Positions 1 to 9,756 of a stretch of DNA of 64,000 nt are shown here, piece by piece (the stretch's first letter is position 1; each line of letters starts with the position of its first letter). The stretch is taken from the NCBI GenBank assembly GCA_902628335.1, contig CACOMO010000004.1, positions 52,877 to 116,876 on the forward strand. Direction: 5' to 3'. This DNA comes from an uncultured Gammaproteobacteria bacterium (GTDB taxonomy: Bacteria; Pseudomonadota; Gammaproteobacteria; GCA-002705445; GCA-002716945). The position numbers and the translations under genes are program-made. Under the pieces are notes generated by a model that was not told the origin of the DNA, searched no databases, and saw only the letters and a list, made by a program, of their open reading frames with translations.

Positions 1-471
1 ATAAAATTTGACAACAATCAAGTTCGAGATTATGAGGTCATCTGTGGAACTGGCCAAGGTGCGGTCATGATTATACCTGTATTAGATGACGAGATTATTT
101 TTATAAGAGAGTATGCAGCAGCGATTGATGATTATTCATTATCATTACCTAAAGGTAAAATTGATGAGGGTGAAACTGTAATTGAGGCTGCAAATAGAGA
201 ACTTCAAGAAGAAATTGGATACAAGTCATCTGATATCAAATTTTTATACCTTTTAGATCTTGCCCCAGGTTATGTGAATCATAAAACAAATATTGTAATT
301 GCCAGATCGTTATCAGAATCAAAGCTCATTGGAGATGAGCCCGAACCATTGGATGTAATTAGATGTAAAATAAATAACTTAAGTAGTTTTTTGTCAAGCG
401 AAAAAAATATAGATTCAAGAGTTTTATCTTCTATTTATATTTTAAAGGAATTTACTGATGATTTTGGATAA
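1..471 (+). CDS. nudE: ADP compounds hydrolase NudE (5'-truncated by window edge)
   Basis: Nudix box GKIDEGETVIEAANRELQEEIG and GDEPEPL motif; frame is open from base 1 (IKFDNNQVRDYE...AVMIIP); upstream of cysQ as usual. Confidence 0.9.
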   Translation: MKFDNNQVRDYEVICGTGQGAVMIIPVLDDEIIFIREYAAAIDDYSLSLPKGKIDEGETVIEAANRELQEEIGYKSSDIKFLYLLDLAPGYVNHKTNIVIARSLSESKLIGDEPEPLDVIRCKINNLSSFLSSEKNIDSRVLSSIYILKEFTDDFG

Positions 472-1264
472 TTCTTTTTTTATAGACAATATTGAAAGTA
501 TAAAAAAAATATGTATTGAAGCAGGCTCTACTCAGATAATGTATCAAGATAAATTTTTGGAAGTTCAATCGAAAACTGACAAAACACCCCTTACTAAAGT
601 GGATCTAATGTCACATGTAATAATAGTTAAGGGTCTCAGCGCACTTGATGCAAATATTCCAGTAGTTTCAGAGGAAGGTTTTGAAAAAAATATTATTTTT
701 GATGACTTCTGGATTGTAGACCCACTTGATGGCACGAGGAATTATATAAATAAGGGAGATAACTATTGCGTTAACATTGCTTTCATCAGTGGTAATTTCC
801 CAGTATTTGGTGCAATTTATATTCCTTCAACAAAAGAGTTTTTTTATGCTATCCATGGAGAAGGTGCTCATTACGTATTAAATGGTAAGTCACGAAAGTT
901 AAATGTAACCAATTCTTTGAATAATACAGTTTTCACAAGTTCAGAAATGAACCCAAGGAAACTAGAGACGTTAGCTGGACTTATCAAAAACATTGAAATA
1001 ATAAAAATATCAAGTGCCATAAAGTTTGGTTACATAGCTAAAGGTTTAGGTAATTTTTACCCAAGATTCGGGCCAACATATGAATGGGATACTGCCGCGG
1101 GTCAGTGTATTGTCGAAGAATCAGGTGGTAGAGTCGTGGATCGTAATTTATCCAGATTATCTTACAATAAAAATAAGCAATATCTCAACAAAGAATTTTT
1201 TGCTTTCACAGGAGACCAACATTTTTGGGAAGAAGTGATCACTCGTCTGCTCCAGGTTTCGTAA
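458..1264 (+). CDS. cysQ: 3'(2'),5'-bisphosphate nucleotidase CysQ
   Basis: SEE, WIVDPLDGTRNY and RFGPTYEWDTAAGQ inositol-monophosphatase family motifs. Confidence 0.92.
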   Translation: MILDNSFFIDNIESIKKICIEAGSTQIMYQDKFLEVQSKTDKTPLTKVDLMSHVIIVKGLSALDANIPVVSEEGFEKNIIFDDFWIVDPLDGTRNYINKGDNYCVNIAFISGNFPVFGAIYIPSTKEFFYAIHGEGAHYVLNGKSRKLNVTNSLNNTVFTSSEMNPRKLETLAGLIKNIEIIKISSAIKFGYIAKGLGNFYPRFGPTYEWDTAAGQCIVEESGGRVVDRNLSRLSYNKNKQYLNKEFFAFTGDQHFWEEVITRLLQVS

Positions 1265-1388
1265 TTGAGTCATAATAAGCCTGCTTATTTAACTTTTTGA
1301 GGATACTATATTTTCCAAATTTCCCTCTATTCCATGTGGTAAGCTTTGCTTCATACGATTTAACTTTTTTTCTTGATTTAACCGTCAT
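1239..1388 (-). CDS. Unannotated 49-aa basic small protein (MTVKSRKKVKSYEAKLTTWNRGKFGKYSILKKLNKQAYYDSITKPGADE)
   Basis: Read by hand: ATG at 1388, open to TGA at 1241-1239; fills the only gap between cysQ and ccmC; below the ORF-track cutoff. Confidence 0.55.
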   Translation of the reverse strand: MTVKSRKKVKSYEAKLTTWNRGKFGKYSILKKLNKQAYYDSITKPGADE

Positions 1389-1431
1389 ATATTATAAATC
1401 TTTTGTGTTATTATAGTTAAAAATTGTCGCT

Positions 1432-2157
1432 ATGATAAGAAAATTACTAGAAAATATATCACCGAAAAAATTCTACTTGTTTTCAAGTTTTATTATTCCC
1501 TGGACATTGATTATTTCAATAGGATTGATCAGTTATGGGCTTTACCACGGTTTATTCATCGCACCAGCAGATTATCAACAAGGTGAGGCATTCAGAATTA
1601 TGTATGTACACGTTCCAAGTGCTTGGTTATCACTGTTCGCTTATTCTGTTCTTTTTTTTTCTGCAGTCATATCTTTAATTTGGAGAATAAAAATTTTTGA
1701 GATAATAGCTATCTCCTCTGCTAAAATTGGAGCTCTTTTTACATTTCTTGCTCTTGTAACTGGTGCAGTTTGGGGAAAGCCTATGTGGGGCACTTGGTGG
1801 GTCTGGGATGCGAGACTCACTTCTGAATTGATTCTTTTCTTCATCTACATATCAATAATTTTCTTATACAATTCATTTGATGACTTCAGAAAAGGCGCAA
1901 AAGCTGCAAATATTCTTGCAATTATAGGTTTTGTTAATATACCTATTATCCATTTTTCAGTAGAATGGTGGAACACCCTTCATCAGGGTCCTTCTGTCAT
2001 GAAATTTAGCTCACCTTCTATAGCATATGAAATGTTGTACCCTTTAATATTTACTAGTCTGGGTTTTACATTTTACTTCATCACTGCGCTATTACTATCA
2101 GCAAGAAACACTCTCATTAAACGAGAGCATAAAAGCTCTTGGGTCCAATCAATCTAG
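1432..2157 (+). CDS. ccmC: Heme ABC exporter permease CcmC
   Basis: WWD motif WGKPMWGTWWVWDARLTS plus the conserved His motifs YVHVP and WWNTLHQ. Confidence 0.96.
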   Translation: MIRKLLENISPKKFYLFSSFIIPWTLIISIGLISYGLYHGLFIAPADYQQGEAFRIMYVHVPSAWLSLFAYSVLFFSAVISLIWRIKIFEIIAISSAKIGALFTFLALVTGAVWGKPMWGTWWVWDARLTSELILFFIYISIIFLYNSFDDFRKGAKAANILAIIGFVNIPIIHFSVEWWNTLHQGPSVMKFSSPSIAYEMLYPLIFTSLGFTFYFITALLLSARNTLIKREHKSSWVQSI

Positions 2158-2817
2158 GCTTAGTCTCAATGATTTTAGGCATGCAGTTGGAGTAATAAGA
2201 AGAAATAACAGAAAAATAATACTCAAGAAAATAATCTCTGATGCAAAATTCATTTGTAAGAAAGAGTTATTTACGGCACTTGTGCCGAATATTAAAATTG
2301 GGACATATAATGGTAGAACTATAATAGCTAATAGTAATTTTCCTCGTTTTAGTGAAAGTGTTAATGCTGCTGCTACAGACCCTATTAAGCTCATTGTTGG
2401 TGTTCCGATTAGCAGACTCAAGAACAGTATAAGTGTCGTTTGATAGTCAATACCTAATAGAAGTGAAATAAATGGAGATATAATGACTACAGGCAGCGTA
2501 GTCAATAGCCAGTGACTAAAAACTTTAGCAACAATAACTGATTCATGAAAACTATTTGCTGAGATTAAATAATCAAGTGTTCCATCCTCATAATCTTCTC
2601 TAAAGATTGACTCTAAATTAAGAACAGAAACAAGCAAGCAAGAAAGCCAAATCATTAAAGGTGTTAGCTCAATTATTAAATTTCTTGAAATATAACTAAT
2701 TGAAATATTGAAAAATAAAATAATAATTAACAGGTACATTATTGGCATTAACGCCTCATAACCAGACCTACTAGCTATCTTAAATTCCTTGATTAAAATT
2801 TTATTGAATTCTTCCAT
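2149..2817 (-). CDS. ccmB: Heme exporter protein CcmB
   Basis: FREDYEDGTLD, AKVFSHWL and LPLYVPILIFG motifs; multiple TM helices. Confidence 0.93.
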   Translation of the reverse strand: MEEFNKILIKEFKIASRSGYEALMPIMYLLIIILFFNISISYISRNLIIELTPLMIWLSCLLVSVLNLESIFREDYEDGTLDYLISANSFHESVIVAKVFSHWLLTTLPVVIISPFISLLLGIDYQTTLILFLSLLIGTPTMSLIGSVAAALTLSLKRGKLLLAIIVLPLYVPILIFGTSAVNNSFLQMNFASEIIFLSIIFLLFLLITPTACLKSLRLSLD

Positions 2818-3418
2818 CTTTTAAAAGAAAATTTTCCACATTTATGTGATCATATCTAAGAGTATCGTGACTGGTGATAATAATAGTTTTATTTTGTTGA
2901 ATTGCTTCCACAAATGTTTTGTTTAGAATTATCTTTGCCTCTTCATCAAGAGCACTAAAAGGCTCATCTAGAATCCATACATCACTATCTAAAAGCAGAG
3001 TTCTCATTAGTGAAACTTTTTTTTGCAGACCATGAGAAAGATGCTTAACTAAAGTATCCTTGAATTTTGACATTTTGTACATCTCCAAAACTTCGTCTAG
3101 ACCCCTTTTTTTATCTGTATTGTTATTTTGTAAATCTAGTGCAAGGTTTTCGCTAACCGTCAAGTTTGTCTTTAAGCCATACTTGTGACCAACGTAAACT
3201 TGATTATTTGAATAGTTGACAACTTCGCCACTATCTATTTCAGATATTCCCGTTATCACCTTTAATAACGATGTCTTACCAGAGCCATTCGCCCCATAGA
3301 TATTTAGAAAAGACTTCTCATTTATATCTAGTGAAATATTATCAAGAATATTCCTATCATTTTTTTGGATTGTAAGATTTATTATTCTTATCACTACACT
3401 CATTTTAAACAATTTCAT
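2801..3418 (-). CDS. ccmA: Heme ABC exporter ATP-binding protein CcmA
   Basis: Walker A GANGSGKT, YVGH..GLK, WILDEPF and TSH; directly upstream of ccmB. Confidence 0.9.
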   Translation of the reverse strand: MKLFKMSVVIRIINLTIQKNDRNILDNISLDINEKSFLNIYGANGSGKTSLLKVITGISEIDSGEVVNYSNNQVYVGHKYGLKTNLTVSENLALDLQNNNTDKKRGLDEVLEMYKMSKFKDTLVKHLSHGLQKKVSLMRTLLLDSDVWILDEPFSALDEEAKIILNKTFVEAIQQNKTIIITSHDTLRYDHINVENFLLKDGRIQ

Positions 3419-3884
3419 TTTTACGGATTATTATCCCGTCTTGATCTGAATAAGCATAGTAACCCTCTTTAAAAAGAACATTTGCAAATTTTAGATCTTT
3501 TCCAAATTCACCAATATTTTTTTTCTCACTTTTTAATGGCATAGTATCAAGTGCTTTAATACCAATATTGATTGTCGATATAATTTCGGAGTCTCTTATG
3601 CAACCATGTATGATAAAACCTGACCATCCATTATCACTGGCTTTCTGTGCTAGATTATCACCAAGTAATGCACATTTTTTTGACCCATTGCCATCAATTA
3701 CCATTATGTCACCATTTACTTCTTCATCAATGAGTTTTTTCACATATGAATTGTCTTCTATCGCATTGACTGTTCTTATTTTTCCTTTAAACTTAGCTTT
3801 TTTACCATAAGACTTAAAAATATTCTCACAAATTTGAATGTCTCGATACTGATCGCAAATATCTGCTGTGTAGAAATCACTCAT
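3405..3884 (-). CDS. rraA: RraA/HMG aldolase family protein
   Basis: TADICD, EDNS, VIDG.GS..ALLGD and GCIRDS motifs. Confidence 0.9.
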   Translation of the reverse strand: MSDFYTADICDQYRDIQICENIFKSYGKKAKFKGKIRTVNAIEDNSYVKKLIDEEVNGDIMVIDGNGSKKCALLGDNLAQKASDNGWSGFIIHGCIRDSEIISTINIGIKALDTMPLKSEKKNIGEFGKDLKFANVLFKEGYYAYSDQDGIIIRKNEIV

Positions 3885-5263
3885 AGCTTTATTTCTCTTT
3901 TTAGTTTTCTAAGTATCATTAAAGCAGGAATCGCAATTAATGAACAGAAAACAAAGTATAATTCCCAGTCAAAAAATTCTACAAGATACCCCGAGAAACC
4001 TGAAAAGAGTGTTCTAGGCAGTGACATCAATGCAGTCATTAGAGCAAATTGTGTTGCTGTGAATTGTTTGTTTGTCATATTCGCTATAAAAGCAAGGTAT
4101 GCTGTATAACCCATTCCAGCTGCTAGGTTTTCCAATGATATTACAGTCATCAGGATATAGATATTATCTCCAACAATTGCAAGAAATGAGAAGCCTAGTG
4201 TGGCAATCGCTTGAAACACACCAAACATAATTAATGACTGATAAAGGCCTATCTTCAGAGCTATCAAGCCTCCTGCGAACGCACCTATTAGAGTAGCAAA
4301 TAGTCCAAAGATTTTAACAATAGTTCCGATCTCAGTTTTAGAAAAACCAATATCTAAATAAAAGTTAGTGCTGAGAGAATGCGCCATAGTGTCACCAATT
4401 TTGTATAAAAGTATGAAAAGTAATATCAGAATAGGAGTAAGAAAAATATTCTTTAGAACATTACGTCTTGTTATCTTTGATCGTTTATATCCATAATTGG
4501 TTGTATCACTGAATATATTCTTGGAGTTATGCGTAATTGCTAATCCATCTCTTACATGTTTTAGTCTGTCCGTTGCGATATTATTTATAGATGTATACCT
4601 GTCGAAAAATTCTATGAATGGTTTTACCACTGTTTCTAAAAAATTAGATGGACTGAAGCTACTCTTAGGCTCATCTGCGACAATAGTTATTAGCACACCA
4701 TAAAGCATCACAAGAGACATGAAAGCATAAACCATTTGATATGACATATAATCAGCTAATATTAAACCACCGGCACCAGCTGCTAGTGCACCAATTCTAT
4801 ATCCAAGCACATACGCAGACGCACCTAATGTCTGTTCTTCATCTGATAAAGATTCCCTTCTGTATGCGTCTATTACAATATCTTGAGAAGCAGATGAAAA
4901 TGCTACAAGAACTGCTAAAATTGCAACATTTGTTGCATTCATAGTTGGGTCTGTCATTCCTAATCCAATGATTGTAATAATTAACAGTATTTGTGTTATT
5001 AGCATCCAGCTACGCCTTCTTCCAAAAGTTGATAAAGTTATACCATCAAATATTGGAGCCCAAAGAAATTTTAGTGAATACGGTAATCCAACCAGAGCAA
5101 ACAGTCCTATTGTTGATTTTGATATTCCTTCATCTGTTAACCATGCTTGTAAAAGAGTGATAGTTAATAATAAAGGTATACCTGAAACAAAACCCATAGA
5201 CAATGTTATGAATATTTTTTTTTGAAAGTATGGATTAACTATTTCTATGAGATTCTTGAACAT
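3881..5263 (-). CDS. ampG: AmpG-family muropeptide MFS transporter with an expanded central loop
   Basis: LPYSLKFLWAP, GRRRSW, SASQDIVIDAYR and FTATQFAL motifs. Confidence 0.92.
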   Translation of the reverse strand: MFKNLIEIVNPYFQKKIFITLSMGFVSGIPLLLTITLLQAWLTDEGISKSTIGLFALVGLPYSLKFLWAPIFDGITLSTFGRRRSWMLITQILLIITIIGLGMTDPTMNATNVAILAVLVAFSSASQDIVIDAYRRESLSDEEQTLGASAYVLGYRIGALAAGAGGLILADYMSYQMVYAFMSLVMLYGVLITIVADEPKSSFSPSNFLETVVKPFIEFFDRYTSINNIATDRLKHVRDGLAITHNSKNIFSDTTNYGYKRSKITRRNVLKNIFLTPILILLFILLYKIGDTMAHSLSTNFYLDIGFSKTEIGTIVKIFGLFATLIGAFAGGLIALKIGLYQSLIMFGVFQAIATLGFSFLAIVGDNIYILMTVISLENLAAGMGYTAYLAFIANMTNKQFTATQFALMTALMSLPRTLFSGFSGYLVEFFDWELYFVFCSLIAIPALMILRKLKREIKL

Positions 5264-5266
5264 GTT

Positions 5267-6034
5267 TTATAACTCATAATTTACTATAAGAGGGGCGTGA
5301 TCAGAAAATCTCTCTTTTCTATATATCCGCGCATTTTTGATTTTTTCTTTATTCCCAGGTGAGAGCACTTGATAGTCTATCCTCCATCCAACATTGTTAT
5401 CCCAGGCTCTTCCTCTGTTTGACCACCAGGTGTAATTATCAGCTTTTTTATTTACAACTCTAAATGTATCTATATAACCAAGGCCATTAAATATTTTATC
5501 AAGCCATGCTCTTTCTTTAGGCAGACATCCAGAATTTTTTTGGTTAGACTTCCAATTCTTTATATCAATTTCTTTATGCACAATGTTCCAATCGCCACAG
5601 ATTATACTGGGCTTAGCTCTTGATCTAATTTTCTTTAAATATTTTTCAAATACATTCATAAAAACATATTTTTGTTTCTGTCGTTCATCCCCAGACGATC
5701 CTGATGGGAAGTATACACTAGATACATAACAATTATCATATTCTACCTCAACAAACCTACCCTCTCTATCAAATTTATCAGAGCCTATTTTATTTATTAC
5801 ATTTAAAACCTTATTCCTAGAATAAATAGCTACGCCACTATATCCTTTTTTTTCAGCTACCGACATGTATCTATCGTATCCATCAAGGGAATATTTTCTA
5901 TCTTGGATTTGATTGTCTTGAGCTCTCACCTCTTGTAAACAAATACAGTCAGATTTTTGTTTCTTTAACCATGCAAACAAACCCTTTTTTTCGCTTGCTC
6001 GTATTCCGCATGCATTAAGTGTTAAAACTCTCAT
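5267..6034 (-). CDS. xth: Exodeoxyribonuclease III family AP endonuclease (at the crc locus)
   Basis: CLQE, YFPSG, GDWN, WRIDY and SDHAP catalytic motifs intact; divergent from pyrE. Confidence 0.9.
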   Translation of the reverse strand: MRVLTLNACGIRASEKKGLFAWLKKQKSDCICLQEVRAQDNQIQDRKYSLDGYDRYMSVAEKKGYSGVAIYSRNKVLNVINKIGSDKFDREGRFVEVEYDNCYVSSVYFPSGSSGDERQKQKYVFMNVFEKYLKKIRSRAKPSIICGDWNIVHKEIDIKNWKSNQKNSGCLPKERAWLDKIFNGLGYIDTFRVVNKKADNYTWWSNRGRAWDNNVGWRIDYQVLSPGNKEKIKNARIYRKERFSDHAPLIVNYEL

Positions 6035-6077
6035 TTGTTTATATTCATCCTATGGTAATATAGTAATATTACTAAAT

Positions 6078-6722
6078 TTGAGTATGAATGACCTTAAAAA
6101 TAATTTTATTGAATTTGCTATTAACGAGAAAATACTTAGATTTGGCGACTTTACACTAAAATCTGGAAGAAAAAGCCCTTACTATTTTAATACAGGACTT
6201 TGTAACACAGGATCTAAAATCAGAAACTTGGCTGATTTTTATGCAAATTACATTTATCAGAACGAGCTAAATTTCGATTTTATATTTGGGCCTGCGTATA
6301 AAGGAATTACACTAGCATCCTCTATATCATTACAGTTGAGTAATGTCTTCTCTCTGGATAAACCCTTTTCTTCTAATCGTAAAGAGGAAAAAAAACATGG
6401 TGATACTGGAACTCTAATTGGAAGTTCTTTGTCAGGCAAGGGTCTTATAGTTGACGACGTTATTTCTTCAGGTTCATCTATTGTAGAATCAATCAATATT
6501 ATCAAACAAAATAATGCAAAGCCAATTAGCGTTTTAGTAGCACTCGATAGGATGGAACTTGGAAAATTAAGAAGAGCCACTATTGAGATTGAGGGAGAGA
6601 ACAACATTAGGGTTCACTCTATAATCAATATAGATGATATTTTGTTTTATCTTAAAGATAATGAAAAAGATAATAATAATTTTCACCGAATGCAAAAATA
6701 TCTTGATAAATTTAAAAGATAA
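6078..6722 (+). CDS. pyrE: Orotate phosphoribosyltransferase
   Basis: FTLKSGRKSPYYFN, GPAYKGI and the PRPP-binding motif IVDDVISSG. Confidence 0.96.
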   Translation: MSMNDLKNNFIEFAINEKILRFGDFTLKSGRKSPYYFNTGLCNTGSKIRNLADFYANYIYQNELNFDFIFGPAYKGITLASSISLQLSNVFSLDKPFSSNRKEEKKHGDTGTLIGSSLSGKGLIVDDVISSGSSIVESINIIKQNNAKPISVLVALDRMELGKLRRATIEIEGENNIRVHSIINIDDILFYLKDNEKDNNNFHRMQKYLDKFKR

Positions 6723-7472
6723 CTAGAGAATCAAACTTACTCCAACAATAATTGTAACTAGTTGGTATATGATTTTTATGGTTTTGTTATCCTTGCTCAG
6801 CGAAAATTTAGCACCTAGATAACCACCAAGAAGAGAACCTAGTATTAAAGGAATTAAGATACTTGTATTAATTTGCGTGAAAAGTCCAAGAGCTATTGCG
6901 CCAAACAAATTATAGAAAAAACCAACGATTATTAGTGTATAGGCTATCGCCATCTTATAGTCCATCCCATAGAAAATTATGAGAAATACTGTAAATATCA
7001 AACCTGTACCTGCTGATAATGATCCGTTTAGTATCGCAATAAATGTTATGGTAATACTCGCAATTATTTTACGAAAAATAGACTGTCTTATTTCAGCTTT
7101 TTGTTCACCAAAGCTTTTTGAAAAAAACGAATATAGCGCGATCATTATGATCAAGGCACCTAATAAAACTCTTGCGACAGAATCGTTAACTACTGAAATT
7201 ATACTGGCTCCCGCTACGACTCCTGGTAAACCATAAATTAAACATTCTATTATGAATTGTCTCTTAAAGTGTATTTTTCTGAAGTACTTTAAAGTAGCAC
7301 CTACTCCTAACGCTACTGTGGCAACTTTATGAGATGCCAATGCTGAGATAAAGGGCATTTCGTAAAGAAGTAAAATAGCTGGTAGTTGTATAACACCTGC
7401 GCCACCACCTGAGAAAGCAGAAAAAATATTGGAAATTAAGGAAACGATAAACAGTAGAACGTGATCTAACAA
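6723..7472 (-). CDS. TSUP/TauE-SafE family membrane permease
   Basis: SGGGAGVIQLPA, HKVATVALG and NGSLSAGTG motifs; about 8 TM helices. Confidence 0.8.
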   Translation of the reverse strand: MLDHVLLFIVSLISNIFSAFSGGGAGVIQLPAILLLYEMPFISALASHKVATVALGVGATLKYFRKIHFKRQFIIECLIYGLPGVVAGASIISVVNDSVARVLLGALIIMIALYSFFSKSFGEQKAEIRQSIFRKIIASITITFIAILNGSLSAGTGLIFTVFLIIFYGMDYKMAIAYTLIIVGFFYNLFGAIALGLFTQINTSILIPLILGSLLGGYLGAKFSLSKDNKTIKIIYQLVTIIVGVSLIL

Positions 7473-7473
7473 T

Positions 7474-8376
7474 TTATTTCCTTCTTATCATTGTACCTAT
7501 ACCTTCGTCTGTGAATAATTCTAGCAACACTGAGTGATCAAATGTTCCATTAATAATCTGGACATGCTCTACTCCTGATGATACTGCTTCTAATGCCGAA
7601 TTAACTTTTGGCAACATTCCTTTTGATATTATACCTTTTGATATGAGAGATCTAACACCTTCTGCATTTATTGATTGTATGAGTTTATCGTCAGCATCTA
7701 GTATACCTTTAGTATCAGTTAGTATTAAATATTTACTAGCTTGTAATATATGCGCTATCTTACCGGCTACAATGTCCGCATTAATATTGTAAGTCTTTCC
7801 ATCATCGCCTATTCCTATGGGCGCAATGACTGGTATAAAAGAGGACCCGTCAAGTAATTTGACTACTTCCGGATCAATGCTTTGGACTGTTCCTGTATTT
7901 TTAAAATCAATTTTTTCAAACTCACCCTTTCCAATTACTTTTTTTGCTCTAATTAAACCACCATCCTTTCCAGAGAGACCTACTGCTTTGCCGCCAAGTG
8001 CCGTAATAGTTTTAACAAGATCTTTGTTAACTAGTCCGCCCAGAACCATTTCTATGATATGAATAGACTCAGGATCGGTTATTCTCATGCCATCTGCAAA
8101 ATCCGATTTTATGCCTACTTTTTTCAAATAATCAGTAATTTGTGGTCCACCACCATGAATTACCACTGGATGCATACCAACTTGTTTCAATAAGATGACA
8201 TCCCGGGCAAAATTTTGTTTGAGTTTTTCATCTATCATGGCATTACCGCCAAGCTTGATGACAATTGTACTTCCGGATAATTGTTGTATATAAGGTAGGG
8301 CTTCTACTAATATTTTAGCAGTACTTGGCGTAAGTTTTTGCTCACCTCTTATAATGACATCTTCTAACTGTTTCAT
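7474..8376 (-). CDS. argB: Acetylglutamate kinase
   Basis: EALPYIQ, VIKLGGNAM, HGGGPQI, NINAD and GMLPK motifs. Confidence 0.96.
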   Translation of the reverse strand: MKQLEDVIIRGEQKLTPSTAKILVEALPYIQQLSGSTIVIKLGGNAMIDEKLKQNFARDVILLKQVGMHPVVIHGGGPQITDYLKKVGIKSDFADGMRITDPESIHIIEMVLGGLVNKDLVKTITALGGKAVGLSGKDGGLIRAKKVIGKGEFEKIDFKNTGTVQSIDPEVVKLLDGSSFIPVIAPIGIGDDGKTYNINADIVAGKIAHILQASKYLILTDTKGILDADDKLIQSINAEGVRSLISKGIISKGMLPKVNSALEAVSSGVEHVQIINGTFDHSVLLELFTDEGIGTMIRRK

Positions 8377-8378
8377 AA

Positions 8379-9755
8379 TTAAAACGGTATCTCCAAATCT
8401 CTGTCTACCTTAAGCATAGCATCTCTAAACTTTGATTGAATCCTATTCATTGAATTTTTGTCATCGGCTTCAAATCTAAGTACTAAGCATGATGTGGTAT
8501 TTGAACATCTTATTAAGCCCCAGCCATCATCATATATTACTTTGAGTCCATCAATGTCAACTTTCCGACAATCATTAAACTCTGCCAATTTTACAAAGTT
8601 ATTCATAAAAGTAAAATGATTATTTCCTTTAAATTCAATAGCTATTTCTGGCGTAGTAATAGACTTAGGTAAATTATCAAAAACCTGATTATAATTGTTT
8701 TCGTCTGACAATATTTCCATAACTCTTAAGAAAGCATATATTCCATCATCAAAACCAAACCATTTATCATTGAAAAAAATGTGCCCACTCATCTCGCCAC
8801 CTAAAATCGCATTATTCTCAGCCATACTTTTTTTTATAAACGAGTGACCAGTTCGACTAACTATCGGTTCACCGCCATTTTTGAGAATATTATCTTTTAG
8901 ATGTTTGGAGCATTTTACATCAAATACTATTTTTCCTTTTTGTGACTTAAGAATATACTGACTAAAAATTATCATTAACTGATCAGGCCAAATTATTTCA
9001 CCGTCACTCTTAACTAGTATCATTCTGTCTCCATCACCATCGAATGCTATACCTATATCTCCTCCGCTAGTACGAAGTTCATTCTTAATTTGTTCTAAGT
9101 TCTCAGGATTTGAAGGATCAGGTGAATGATTAGGAAAATCTCCATTCACAGCTTCGTTGATGATCTTATAATTTATATTAAACGACTTACATATATCATT
9201 CACCAAAGGGCCAGTTATTCCGTTGCTACAATCTATGACTACTTTAATGTTTGTTTTTATTTTTATATTTTCCTTCAGATGTTCTATGTAACTAGCAGCG
9301 ATAGTTTTGTCTTGAAAATAAGAACCTTTTTCATTTCTTTTAATAAAATTCTGGCTCTGAATGAGGTCGTAAAGTTCACTTATATACTCTCCGTAGATGG
9401 TTAGTCCATCTATGACCATCTTTATACCATTATAATTCTTAGGATTATGACTACCTGTAATCATCAAGCCATTTTTTATTTCTAATTCACAAAGTGAAAA
9501 ATTCATCAGAGGAGTTGGGAGTTCACCTATATCAATTATTTCAATACCACATTTTACAAGACTATCGATAAGTGATTCAGTAAGCTCTTTACTAGACACT
9601 CTTCCATCTCTGCAAATAACAACTGGATCACTGTTCTTTGAGGATATTTTTGTGCCTAACGCCAATCCAATCTGATTAAAAACAAATGAATTTATCTCTT
9701 CCGGATATTTGCCTCGAATATCATAAGCTCGAAATATATCTCTTAAGACAGACAA
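8379..9755 (-). CDS. algC: Phosphomannomutase/phosphoglucomutase (likely TTG start at 9755)
   Basis: FRAYDIRG, TGSHNP, FDGDGDR and GEMSGH motifs; dut-algC-argB synteny. Confidence 0.93.
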   Translation of the reverse strand: MSVLRDIFRAYDIRGKYPEEINSFVFNQIGLALGTKISSKNSDPVVICRDGRVSSKELTESLIDSLVKCGIEIIDIGELPTPLMNFSLCELEIKNGLMITGSHNPKNYNGIKMVIDGLTIYGEYISELYDLIQSQNFIKRNEKGSYFQDKTIAASYIEHLKENIKIKTNIKVVIDCSNGITGPLVNDICKSFNINYKIINEAVNGDFPNHSPDPSNPENLEQIKNELRTSGGDIGIAFDGDGDRMILVKSDGEIIWPDQLMIIFSQYILKSQKGKIVFDVKCSKHLKDNILKNGGEPIVSRTGHSFIKKSMAENNAILGGEMSGHIFFNDKWFGFDDGIYAFLRVMEILSDENNYNQVFDNLPKSITTPEIAIEFKGNNHFTFMNNFVKLAEFNDCRKVDIDGLKVIYDDGWGLIRCSNTTSCLVLRFEADDKNSMNRIQSKFRDAMLKVDRDLEIPF

Positions 9756-9756
9756 T

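Noticed and set aside
1239-1388. Small ORF as the missing CcmD
   Set aside because: No N-terminal hydrophobic helix, and it is upstream of and divergent from ccmC.
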